Positions 8,221 through 17,500 of a stretch of DNA of 27,489 nucleotides are shown here, one piece after another (positions within the stretch are counted from its first letter, which is position 1; each line of letters opens with the position of its first letter). Source of the DNA: a virus (Duplodnaviria > Caudoviricetes). A model generated the notes under the pieces. That model had not been told where the DNA came from, did not search any database, and was given only the letters and a program-made list of their open reading frames with translations. Made by a program: the position numbers and the translations under genes. The DNA lies in the IMG/VR virus record IMGVR_UViG_3300048834_000123, positions 1-27,489 of that record; one strand, given 5' to 3'.

Positions 8221-10343
8221 TTGTCAGTGCAAGGGCAATTACCCGGGGCGGCGCCTATCTTGTGAGGCGCGCGCGGACACTTGCAGCCAGGCTGGCCAAG
8301 AAGTCCGGCAGCGGCTCGGCGCATGAGGTGATCGACACCTACCTGATCCGCGCCATCAAGGCCGGTAAGATAGCCACTGGAACTGTGATTGACCCGCCGA
8401 CCGGCCTGGTTATGACTGGGCCGCTTGGGGAGCATGAAATACCCGTTACCCATTCGTACAAGATGCGCGAGTGGTACGACACGCGCGAAGCGCCAGATAC
8501 CGAGGAAGTGAGTCGTGCCGACCTTGTTGCGGGGAGCTACCTTGTGAGCCGGGCCTTTTATGACACGCCGTCAGCGCCCTTCACCACCGGCCCTGGTGCC
8601 ATGTTTCCCGGTGGGGCAATGCCGTGGGCGGGCGCAGGGATCGAGAGTCGCCATGCGATCCGGTATGCAATGGCAGTTATCGACAGCAGGGGAGGGACGG
8701 CAACATTCATTGAAGCCATCCCCTTCGGCATCCCGTTTAGCCAGCCTTATGGCGTGCAGGCGCTGCTCTATACCGGCCAGTCTGCGCCGCTTTTTGTCCA
8801 GATCACCCAGCGGTATCTTGCGGCAGAAATCGCGGCTTCCGGGTGGCATTTCGGGCCGCACAAGGGGAAGCCAGTTGATGTGCGTGCCGGGTGGCCTGTT
8901 GATCGGATTGCCCAGTTCAGCGGCGCGCGGCGTGACTTCGTGATGGTCGCGTCCACATTTCAGCACGAAACCTTGACCGGACTGCCGGCCCTGCTTACCT
9001 CGCCGGCGCCTGGTATTTGTTTGCTCGCGCACAGCCAGGCGAAGTTGGTCGAGTCCATCAATGAGTCGATGGAAAACGATGGCACGCTGGACGGCGCCCG
9101 CTTTGAAGATGGCCTGCTCTGGCATACCCATTACGAGCTGCGCGAGCTTTTCCCTGTGCTTGAGACAGGGCCGTACCTGTGCGCCCCCCGCTACAACAAC
9201 GATTACTCGCTGAACGGGGCAGGCAACCCCGCGAATGGGAGCGAGGCATTCAAGATATGGAAGAATGGCTTTTACACAGATGGCGTGCCACCGGTGAATA
9301 TAGGCAAGCTGCCGTGCTTCCTGACTAGGCTGTGTGTAGATGCTACTGACGAAGAAATACTGGTACTGGCCGGCGTCACCTGGACTACCTGCGCCGACTG
9401 GAATGCCATTGACCCGGTGGACGTAGATGCCCCGCTTGAGCAGTCGCAGCTGTTTTGCTGTAACGGCCTGATCAGGCTGCGCTTTGACCATGAGGGCGCG
9501 CTTCTGAGTAGCAGTCTTTCAAGCGTAGACAGCACTGCAGGGCCTGATCAGCTGGAATTTGACGGCCTGCCTGAAGACGGCCGGAGTAGTGATGCAAGCC
9601 TGTTTGCGCAGCCAGTCGCGCAGTTGATTGTTCGTGGTCAGCCGCTGGAGATAATCAGCGAGTGGGTGGAGTCGCGGCGTAATGACCGAGCCTTTTCGGT
9701 AACGCCGTGGCTGGGGAGCCAGGGGTCAGTAGATTTTGCCCTGAGCGGAACGCGCGTGAACTTTGAGGGGGAGACTTATTTCTTCAGCGTCGAGGAAAGC
9801 GGCATCTTCACCTGGTCCAGACTGGAAGCGCACGCTGGAATTGGCCACCTCATTCATCGGGAGTACCCGGAGTCAGAAGCGCCTAGCGCTGTACAGCTGA
9901 GCCCAACACAGATCGGGTTTGTCGGCTACAAGCTGGTGCCCTACGGGCGGATGGTCTTTTGTGTGGTTGACCTGCTGACGGGGGCGCTGGACATTCGTGG
10001 CGAGATAGGCCGCGCTGGCTTCGTATGGTCGTACCTGCCGCCTCACCCGCGCGGTGACAGGGCGGTGACTGGCAACGAGAAGCCGCAGGGCCCGCCAACA
10101 CTTTCTGTTGCCCAGCAGCTTATCCAAAAGGATGGCGAGCCACCCATTGAAGGGGTGCTGCTGTGTTCGTTCAGCCCTCAATTTTCGTATTCGCTGATCA
10201 GCAAAGACAGTGGCATGACATGGGATCGCCATGTCATAGGCGCGTCGTCACCGCGCGGCGTATTTTTTGTGCCCAACGCCTTGCACGCTAATTATGAAAC
10301 CGGCACTGCTGTAGCGGCGCCACCTGTAGACGAGGACTTGTAA
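8217..10343 (+). CDS. Hypothetical virion protein (possible receptor-binding or tail component)
   Basis: 708 aa with a GTGA overlap. An Asp-box-like motif (SKDSGMTW) lies near the C-terminus. Confidence 0.6.
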   Translation: MIVSARAITRGGAYLVRRARTLAARLAKKSGSGSAHEVIDTYLIRAIKAGKIATGTVIDPPTGLVMTGPLGEHEIPVTHSYKMREWYDTREAPDTEEVSRADLVAGSYLVSRAFYDTPSAPFTTGPGAMFPGGAMPWAGAGIESRHAIRYAMAVIDSRGGTATFIEAIPFGIPFSQPYGVQALLYTGQSAPLFVQITQRYLAAEIAASGWHFGPHKGKPVDVRAGWPVDRIAQFSGARRDFVMVASTFQHETLTGLPALLTSPAPGICLLAHSQAKLVESINESMENDGTLDGARFEDGLLWHTHYELRELFPVLETGPYLCAPRYNNDYSLNGAGNPANGSEAFKIWKNGFYTDGVPPVNIGKLPCFLTRLCVDATDEEILVLAGVTWTTCADWNAIDPVDVDAPLEQSQLFCCNGLIRLRFDHEGALLSSSLSSVDSTAGPDQLEFDGLPEDGRSSDASLFAQPVAQLIVRGQPLEIISEWVESRRNDRAFSVTPWLGSQGSVDFALSGTRVNFEGETYFFSVEESGIFTWSRLEAHAGIGHLIHREYPESEAPSAVQLSPTQIGFVGYKLVPYGRMVFCVVDLLTGALDIRGEIGRAGFVWSYLPPHPRGDRAVTGNEKPQGPPTLSVAQQLIQKDGEPPIEGVLLCSFSPQFSYSLISKDSGMTWDRHVIGASSPRGVFFVPNALHANYETGTAVAAPPVDEDL

Positions 10344-11281
10344 TGGCAAACTCCATTGGCGACCAGACGAGAGCTTTGGCAGATCTTGCAGAGGACGCGC
10401 TTTCAAGTGCTCGCACGACTGCTTCGCGCATAAACATCGCAATCCCGGCCCTGACAGATGCCGAGTTTAGCTTTGACCCAAAGAAGCCAGTGATGGCGCC
10501 GCCGCCGCAGTTCAGCGACCTTTTCCCGGGCGCCGACAGCAGCGGCGAGCAGATCCAGTTTCTGAATGGTGAGGTGGATAAGTGGATCGACAAGTATTTC
10601 CCAGAGCTTAACGCATGCCTGAAGTCAGCACCCGAACAGTGGGTATGCAACATCCTGAGCGGGGAAAATGAGTACGGACTGAACCGGACAGTCTTTGAAA
10701 TTGTCTGGCACCGGGCAAGGGATCGCGCCTACCGAGCCAGTGCCACGGAGCAAAGCACGCTGCAGGCACAATTCTCCGAGCGAGGGTTTAGCGTTCCGCC
10801 AGGCGCTCTTCTGCACATGCAGAATGAGGCAGAGCAGCGCGCAGGAAACGCAATTGCAGAGGTAAACCGGGAACAGCAGGTCCGCGAGTCCGAGATAAAG
10901 CTGGACCTGCTCAAGTTCGCCGCTGATCAGGCGGTGCGGTTGAAGCTGGGCATCATGGATGCGCTGCGCGCTTTCTATGTGCAGTGGGCGCAGCTTCCAG
11001 ATAAGGACATTGAGCGCGCCCGGATTCGCGCCCAGGCTCAGGCGTCCCTGTATAGCGCGTTATCCAGCTATTACAACGTAGAGCTTGGGTTTGAGCAGGT
11101 GCGATTAAGGGCGGCAGAAGCCAAGGCGGGCATTGGCATAGACAATAACCGCGTAAAAACGGCCAACGCCGACAGCGGCAGAAATGCTGCTCTTGGTCAG
11201 GCTGTTCGTGCCTTCGCTGATGTTTCGGCTTCCGCAGCGAATGCTGGCGGCGCGCTGTTTGCCAACATCACACAAGGATAA
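10343..11281 (+). CDS. Putative virion structural/internal protein (coiled coil)
   Basis: 312 aa, TAATG-coupled, helical, with an RGFSVPPG motif. Confidence 0.65.
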   Translation: MANSIGDQTRALADLAEDALSSARTTASRINIAIPALTDAEFSFDPKKPVMAPPPQFSDLFPGADSSGEQIQFLNGEVDKWIDKYFPELNACLKSAPEQWVCNILSGENEYGLNRTVFEIVWHRARDRAYRASATEQSTLQAQFSERGFSVPPGALLHMQNEAEQRAGNAIAEVNREQQVRESEIKLDLLKFAADQAVRLKLGIMDALRAFYVQWAQLPDKDIERARIRAQAQASLYSALSSYYNVELGFEQVRLRAAEAKAGIGIDNNRVKTANADSGRNAALGQAVRAFADVSASAANAGGALFANITQG

Positions 11282-11286
11282 GCCTG

Positions 11287-12378
11287 ATGACGGGTGTTTT
11301 TATAGGGGCATGGGCTGGCGATTCTGGCATATCGGTAAGGGTGGCTGGCGGCCTTAATGCCGGCCAAGGGTATGTTGATACGGGCCGGCTTGGCGATATC
11401 ACCGACAGCAGCCCAGCGCTGCCAGGGGAAACCGATAACTATGTGATGGCCGTATCTGGCTATGGGTTTGAAGATGGCGCCAACGGCTTAGGACAGCCTC
11501 TAAATGGTCCTGTTTATGCCGGCATACGTCGCCCTTCGCCAATCGAGAATGGCACGTCTGGAGGCTGCAAGGCTTACCTGTACGGCCATGGTTTCACGCC
11601 TGATCCTGGCGCGGTATACCCACAAAACACCGCCGTGCCGGGCGCGCTGAATGTCAGTCCTGCGTGCTGGGTAACCCTGCCCGAAGACAGGCTGGCACTT
11701 GCAGCGGGGGCGATGCTTTATTTGGGCCAGCCGGGCATGCCAACTCAGCGCGCCACACTGAGTAATGCCGGGTACACGCTGAGAAAGATGCGCGGCATGG
11801 CCATGCTGAATGACGGCAAGATAGCGCTTGCTGCGCAAGTGACCCGCAATTCTGATTCGGCGCCATGCATCATTGTGTCTGCGCCGGTAAGCGTGAGCGC
11901 AGGGCTTCCCGCAAGCGTCGATCTGACTGCAGCGGTTTATGTTTTTGACGGCGCAAACCCATGGAAAGCAGCGCTATCAGCACTGTGTATTCAGTATCAG
12001 GGCGAGCTGAAAAAGGCGCAGGCGCACCGTTATGTCAATCTAAGTGGATACATGGGGTGGGCAGGCTTGCTGGCCCGCCAGGCTACGCCAGACAGTGCTC
12101 AGTTTTTTACTCTGCAAGAGCAGATGTACAACACCTTCCCGGGCGCCTCGCCGAATAAGGCCATGTACCAATCATCGCTTACCTACAGCGAGGCTGGCGG
12201 CGTGCTGAGTTATGGGAGCAGCGGGGAGTCATTTTTAGTCGATGGGAATGCCGCTATTACTGCTTTTGACTCTGACTATGCCAACTGTCAGGGGCTTTAT
12301 GCGGACAGTGACGACTGGGCGCCGCCTGAGATTCCTCTGTTTTGGAAGGGACTGGTGAAGACCATAGAAAGGCCATAA
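11287..12378 (+). CDS. Hypothetical protein (tail/virion region)
   Basis: 363 aa with an AAGGA RBS and C-terminal PLFWKGLVKTIE. Confidence 0.6.
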   Translation: MTGVFIGAWAGDSGISVRVAGGLNAGQGYVDTGRLGDITDSSPALPGETDNYVMAVSGYGFEDGANGLGQPLNGPVYAGIRRPSPIENGTSGGCKAYLYGHGFTPDPGAVYPQNTAVPGALNVSPACWVTLPEDRLALAAGAMLYLGQPGMPTQRATLSNAGYTLRKMRGMAMLNDGKIALAAQVTRNSDSAPCIIVSAPVSVSAGLPASVDLTAAVYVFDGANPWKAALSALCIQYQGELKKAQAHRYVNLSGYMGWAGLLARQATPDSAQFFTLQEQMYNTFPGASPNKAMYQSSLTYSEAGGVLSYGSSGESFLVDGNAAITAFDSDYANCQGLYADSDDWAPPEIPLFWKGLVKTIERP

Positions 12379-12381
12379 CAA

Positions 12382-12410
12382 CTTGCGCGCAATGCCTAGT
12401 GACATAGCCT
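12382..12410 (+). promoter_or_regulatory. Putative late promoter, copy 2
   Basis: CTTG at 12382-12385, N12, AGTGACATA at 12398-12406, and a -10-like TAGCCT at 12405-12410. Confidence 0.6.
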
Positions 12411-12447
12411 GCCGGTATCAGCGCCAATCCATGCGGAGCACCTGCAC

Positions 12448-13965
12448 ATGCCTTACCTGACAACCGACGGCGATCTTAACCAGGCTAAGCGCAAGCGTGC
12501 CGGTGAAGCGCTGGCCATTGATGCCGTGCCGAAGCAGACAAGCTTCGACGTGACCAATACGCCGGCCGCTCAGCCGCAGCCTGCAGTCCAGGGCGACCCT
12601 GCCCGCGCCGCTAGCATGCAGGCCCAGTTCAATCAGCCGGTGACGGCAGCTGTTCCAGTAGCCGGGCGGCCTGCCCCGGCCCCTGACTCAGCCGGCTTAA
12701 ACCGGATGTTCGGCGGGGCGCTTTCGATTGCGCCCGCGGCAATTTGGGAAGGCGCCAAGAACCTCGGGACAGAGGTTGCAAATGTTGGCCGGAGCATCAT
12801 TGATGCAGAGCAGGTTCCACGCCCTGGCTACCCCAGAACATCTCAACTGATCCAGGAAACAGCCGATGGGGCGAATGCGTTTGCAGACGCAAATAGAAGC
12901 CTATCCGAGACAATGAAGGCTGTCGCGCGCGACGCTACTGGATCAATGCCAGTCGCAAAGCCTACCAGCCCAATGGTTCAGCGGGATGCAGGCGACCAGC
13001 CCGCAAAACCTGCAACTGCCCCCGCGTCATCGTCACAGCCTGGAGCGGCACCGAGCCAAGCCATGCAGTCGCCAGCACAGCCTGCGCCCGCCAAGAAAGC
13101 AGACTCGCCGTACTTCGCCACCGACAGCGGCATCGCAGCGCGCCGCAATGAAAGCGGAGTCATGGAGTTCAGCAACGACAAGGCAGTGCGGGCCGGTGCT
13201 CAATCTATGCCGAAGGGTGGCATTGGCAGTATCGGCGACGGTATTGGAGGCCTAAGTTTTGGCCAAGATGGCGACGCCCAGCGTGCATACGACAGCCGCG
13301 AGCGCGCGCTTGAAGAGCGGAAAAAAATGGTTCAGATCCAGCGGAAAGGCGCCATTGGCGAGGGCGGGGGTCGAGTTTCAGTTGTGCGCGACAGCTCAAG
13401 AGCGCCTTCCATTGCCGAGCTGATGAATGCGCGCATGCAAAGCCGCCAGCTGCAGGATGAAACAACCCGCGCCCGGGCTCAGCAGATCATCATGGATGGC
13501 GCTGACCGGCTCATGACAGGGCAGCTGAACCGGCAGAAGACGCAGCAGGAGATTGATGCCAGCCAGGTCGGCCTGGAAGGGCAGCAGCGACTGGCGCAAC
13601 TGGGCGCCATGATGGCTGACCCGAACCTGGGGGCAGATCAGAGGCAGGCTGCGCGTGACGCTTACACTTCGCTCAGCATAAGCCCTACCGATAGATTTAA
13701 GGCCGAGCAGGATGGCAATGCTCAGCGGCAGAAGCTGATCGGGGAGCTGTACAAGTCCTATAACGAGCAAAATTCACTAGTAAGGCCTGAAGAGCGTGTG
13801 CCGTTTGATCAGTGGGTGCAGCCCGTATTGCAGCAGGTTGGCGGGGGTATTGGTGCTGAATCAGCGCCAGCGAAAAACTCAGCGCCTGCCGTCGGCACCC
13901 GGCAGGGCGGGTATGAGTTTTTAGGAGGAAACCCTTCAGACAAGAAGAACTGGCGCAAGGTTTAG
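12448..13965 (+). CDS. Putative DNA ejection / internal virion protein
   Basis: 505 aa with a GGAG RBS. It has low-complexity Ala/Pro/Gln regions, a coiled coil and a C-terminal mini-domain (VGTRQGGYEFLGGNPSDKKNW). It precedes the giant polyvalent gene. Confidence 0.65.
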   Translation: MPYLTTDGDLNQAKRKRAGEALAIDAVPKQTSFDVTNTPAAQPQPAVQGDPARAASMQAQFNQPVTAAVPVAGRPAPAPDSAGLNRMFGGALSIAPAAIWEGAKNLGTEVANVGRSIIDAEQVPRPGYPRTSQLIQETADGANAFADANRSLSETMKAVARDATGSMPVAKPTSPMVQRDAGDQPAKPATAPASSSQPGAAPSQAMQSPAQPAPAKKADSPYFATDSGIAARRNESGVMEFSNDKAVRAGAQSMPKGGIGSIGDGIGGLSFGQDGDAQRAYDSRERALEERKKMVQIQRKGAIGEGGGRVSVVRDSSRAPSIAELMNARMQSRQLQDETTRARAQQIIMDGADRLMTGQLNRQKTQQEIDASQVGLEGQQRLAQLGAMMADPNLGADQRQAARDAYTSLSISPTDRFKAEQDGNAQRQKLIGELYKSYNEQNSLVRPEERVPFDQWVQPVLQQVGGGIGAESAPAKNSAPAVGTRQGGYEFLGGNPSDKKNWRKV

Positions 13966-13968
13966 GGT

Positions 13969-14379
13969 TTATCTGTAGTCGCACCAAGGGCCGGGAGTGG
14001 CCTGCTCGCAGGCTGCCCTTGCAGCACTCTTAGTTGGCTCAAGATCATCGAAAAGACCCGGCTTCGGTGGCTGGCCGTAAAGTCTGGCGCAGGACTGCCT
14101 TATCCATCCAATGGCAAGGCCATCCTGCACCGCATTGGCCTTGGCCTGGAAGCAATCAGTAGGGCTGTCGTATTTGGAGAAGATGAAGCCACGACCGGCA
14201 CCCCATTCAACGCCGGTAAGGCGCTCTGGGTAGCGCTCTCCGCAGACGTTTGCGGCGGCTATGGTCGCTTGGCGATTCTGCACTCCCGGCAGCTTATCCA
14301 GCAGGCACTCGGCAAAGTTACCAGCCATGGCCAGGGAAGGGCATGCGAGCAGGGCGAGAGTGGCAATCAGCTTTTTCAT
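13969..14379 (-). CDS. Exported Cys-rich moron protein (possible superinfection exclusion; resembles the VF_A0006-type four-cysteine family)
   Basis: 136 aa starting MKKLIATLALLACPSLAMA (signal peptide). The mature part has 6 Cys. The gene lies antisense within the ejection module. Confidence 0.7.
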   Translation of the reverse strand: MKKLIATLALLACPSLAMAGNFAECLLDKLPGVQNRQATIAAANVCGERYPERLTGVEWGAGRGFIFSKYDSPTDCFQAKANAVQDGLAIGWIRQSCARLYGQPPKPGLFDDLEPTKSAARAACEQATPGPWCDYR

Positions 14380-14460
14380 GGGCTTCGGCCTGGAGGTGAG
14401 TGATGGTAGATAGTAAAGCAGCGGGTGCGCCGGAAGATATCCGCCATCAAATGGCGGGCT

Positions 14461-14487
14461 AATCCCGCCAGTTGGTGGGATTTTTTT
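14461..14487 (+). terminator. Rho-independent terminator
   Basis: AATCCCGCCA-GT-TGGTGGGA followed by T7. The G-U pair favours the + strand. Confidence 0.8.
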
Positions 14488-14490
14488 CGC

Positions 14491-14519
14491 CTTGCCCAAC
14501 TCGGCCAGTGACATAGCGT
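14491..14519 (+). promoter_or_regulatory. Putative late promoter, copy 3
   Basis: CTTG at 14491-14494, N12, AGTGACATA at 14507-14515, and a -10-like TAGCGT at 14514-14519. It starts 3 bp after the terminator. Confidence 0.6.
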
Positions 14520-14561
14520 CCCCACAATGATGCCGCGCGGTGCGGCTGGTTGGAGGTGGCG

Positions 14562-17500
14562 ATGGCTGGGCCTTGGGATGATTATGGGCAAAGCAATGAT
14601 TCGGGTGGTGAGCCATGGAAGGATTATGGCGACAGCTCGCCAGCCCCAAAGACCGACGGCGCATTTAAGCGTGGCTGGAACAAGGCCAAGCAAAACCTCG
14701 CCATTACGAGCGACCTTGCGCTAGGCGACACAACGGGCGCAGCGCAAACCGTTGGCGAGGCCAATCGGTACGCGCAAGCAAACCCCGGCATGCAGGAAGG
14801 CGCCGAGCTGATGCAGGCCTGGGAGGCTGGCGATGGCATCAGTGGCGGTATCGCAGAAGTGGGCCGCGAGTTTGGCCGCGACTGGGATGATGCGCCGAAT
14901 ATCAAGGAAGGCGTCAAGGCAACCGGGCGAAACATCCAGGCCATGGGTGAAGGCATCGCCGAGCAGACTGCCAACATGATTGCGCCCTTGACTGGCATGG
15001 TCACTGGCGGCATCGCGGGGGCAAAGACTGGCGGGACCATCGGGGCTATCGGCGGGCCAAAGGGCGCCGCAGTCGGTGGCGTAGTAGGAGGGCTGGTTGG
15101 CGCATGGGGCGGTGCTTCTATTGGTAACGCGGCCATCGAGGGCGGCGGTATCACTCAAGAGGCAATCCACGAAGCGGGCATTGACCCGAACGACCTTGAA
15201 TCCGTCAAGGCATACCTTGACGAGAACAGCAGCACTCTGCTGAAGCAGGCCAGTATCAAGGGCGGCATCATTGGTGCCGTCGATACAGCCACCGCAGGCA
15301 TTGCCGGGCGCTTGCTCAATGGCCCAGCCAGGGCTGCATCTTCACGCATTCTGGCGTCGATGGGCGTAGACGCTGGCGACAAGGCTGCAGTGAAAGCCGC
15401 ACAGGAAAGCCCTGCTTTCGCGCAGATGCTGGCGCAAGACACCGCCTACCAGGCTTCGCGGCAGGGCGCAGAAAAGATCGCCCGCAACGTAGCGGCCGCC
15501 GCGATTGACCCGGCCGGTGAGTTTGCCGGTGAATACATTGGCTCCGGCATTGCGCTGGATGACTGGGACGCCAAGAACGCAGCGCTGGAAGCATTCTCGT
15601 CCATCGGCCAGTCTGGCGTTATGTTTGCCGGCCAGAAGGCATACCAGGCGGCGACCGGGCTGGGTCGCACACAATCCCCCCTGATCCAGCCGCAACCATC
15701 CGCCGAAAACCCTGCCCCGGCACCGGTCCCCGCACCAGATCCCAATGCTGGCGCTATCTCGCGCACCGCCGCCATGCTTCCAGGGCCAAGCATTGCCGGC
15801 ATGTTGCCAGCGCCAGATCCAGTATTCTTTGCTGACAGCCAAGGCAATGTCAGCGACCAAGGGCCTGAGCGTAATGTTGATCGCGAATACCGTCCGACCG
15901 GACGCGAGAAGGCCCCGCGTGACTTTGGTCCGGGCATGGATCAGCAAACTGAGCGTGGCGGCTCGGTGCTGGAAGGCGAGCTGATCCAAAAAATTCAGCA
16001 GGCAAAGGCACCGCAAACGCTATCGATTACTGATCAGCGGGCTGATGCGCTGATCGTCGATTCTGATGGGAACGCAGTCAAAGGAAAGCTGCCAACGACA
16101 AAGCCCAAGGATTATGTCCAAGGCGGACGCGGCATGGATCAGCAGTTTTCCGGGAAGAAATTCTCCGGCCTGCCTGCCGCAAACAATGCAATCCGCAACT
16201 CGCCAAACCCCGGAAGCCTGACGGCCGTAAAAGTCGGCCCGCACACTTTTGAAATTCAGGCAAAGCCGGTGCTACAGAACCGCGACAGGTCTACCCCTGC
16301 CAGCATTACCCAGATGCGCGGCATTGCCGCCAGGCCTGACTACCAGCGCGTGAGCATTTCCAGAGACTTCGCCAATGGAGCGCCAGTTGTAGAGCCTGGC
16401 GCCTCTGTGCCGGCCAGCCACAAAGGGAGAGCAGAGGTTGTCAGCACGGCAAGTGGCAGGAAGATCAGCACGCAATATGCCGTGATTGAAGCGGCCGACC
16501 TGCTTCCAAGTCACGACATAAACGGCAGCCAAAATGCTGGCTATGAGAGCGGTGTAAAAGGTAAGAGTCGCGCAATCGCCGGCAACGGCCGCGTGACCGG
16601 GATCAGTCACGCCTATACCCAAGGCACCGCTGCTGAGTACCGCCGCGCACTGGAGGCTGACGCAGCTGGCCACGGAATCAGCGTGAATGCAATTAAAGGC
16701 ATGAAGCAGCCCGTGCTGGTTCGGATCATGCCGCAGGATCAGATCACACAAGACATTGGCGATGAATCGAACACCGCGACTGTTTCCGCCTTGTCTGGTG
16801 CAGAGCAAGCATCGAATGACGCCAAGCGCATTGATACCGCAAGCATGCAGTTTGACGCCAACGGCGAAATCACCGAAGCGACTGTGCGCCAGTTCATCCA
16901 GTCGATGCCTGAAGCTGAGCGCGGCGCGCTGCTTGATGGCGGTCGCCCAAGCCGACAGGCCTATGACAGGGCGGCATCGGCCGTCTTTGCTACCGCCTAC
17001 GAAAGCGACGAACTGATCCGCCTGCAGGCTCAAGCAACAGACCCCGAAGCGCGCACCGTTTTATCTGGCCTCTTGGCCGCTGCGGCAAAAATGTCACGCC
17101 TGAAAGGGCATGGCCAGTGGGACATTCGCGGCCTGGTGGTAGAGGCCGCACAAGCAGCTGTAAATGCAACGCGGAACGGCCAGACACTGGCCAGCTACAC
17201 GCAGCAGCTCGACATTGAACGCAACCCTGAAGCCAATTACTTCATCGACCTGTTCGCCACCAACAGCCGCTCAGCGAAGCGCATTGGGGACGAGCTGTCC
17301 GCCGTGGCGGAATTGTTCTACGCTGAGGCCTCAAAGGCTGACACCGATATGTTCGGCGCCGTACCGCGTCGATCGCGCCAAGATCTGCTGAAAGGAGCCA
17401 CTGATGCCAACGCCAACCGTCAATCCGCAAGTGCGCAAACTACTCGGGACGAAGGAGGGGCAGGATCTGCTGCGTCAAGCAGGGACGCGCGAGACGTTGA

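Noticed and set aside
14380-14664. N-terminal extension of the moron ORF (231-aa call)
   Set aside because: It crosses the terminator, the promoter motif and the polyvalent gene start. The signal peptide begins at 14379.
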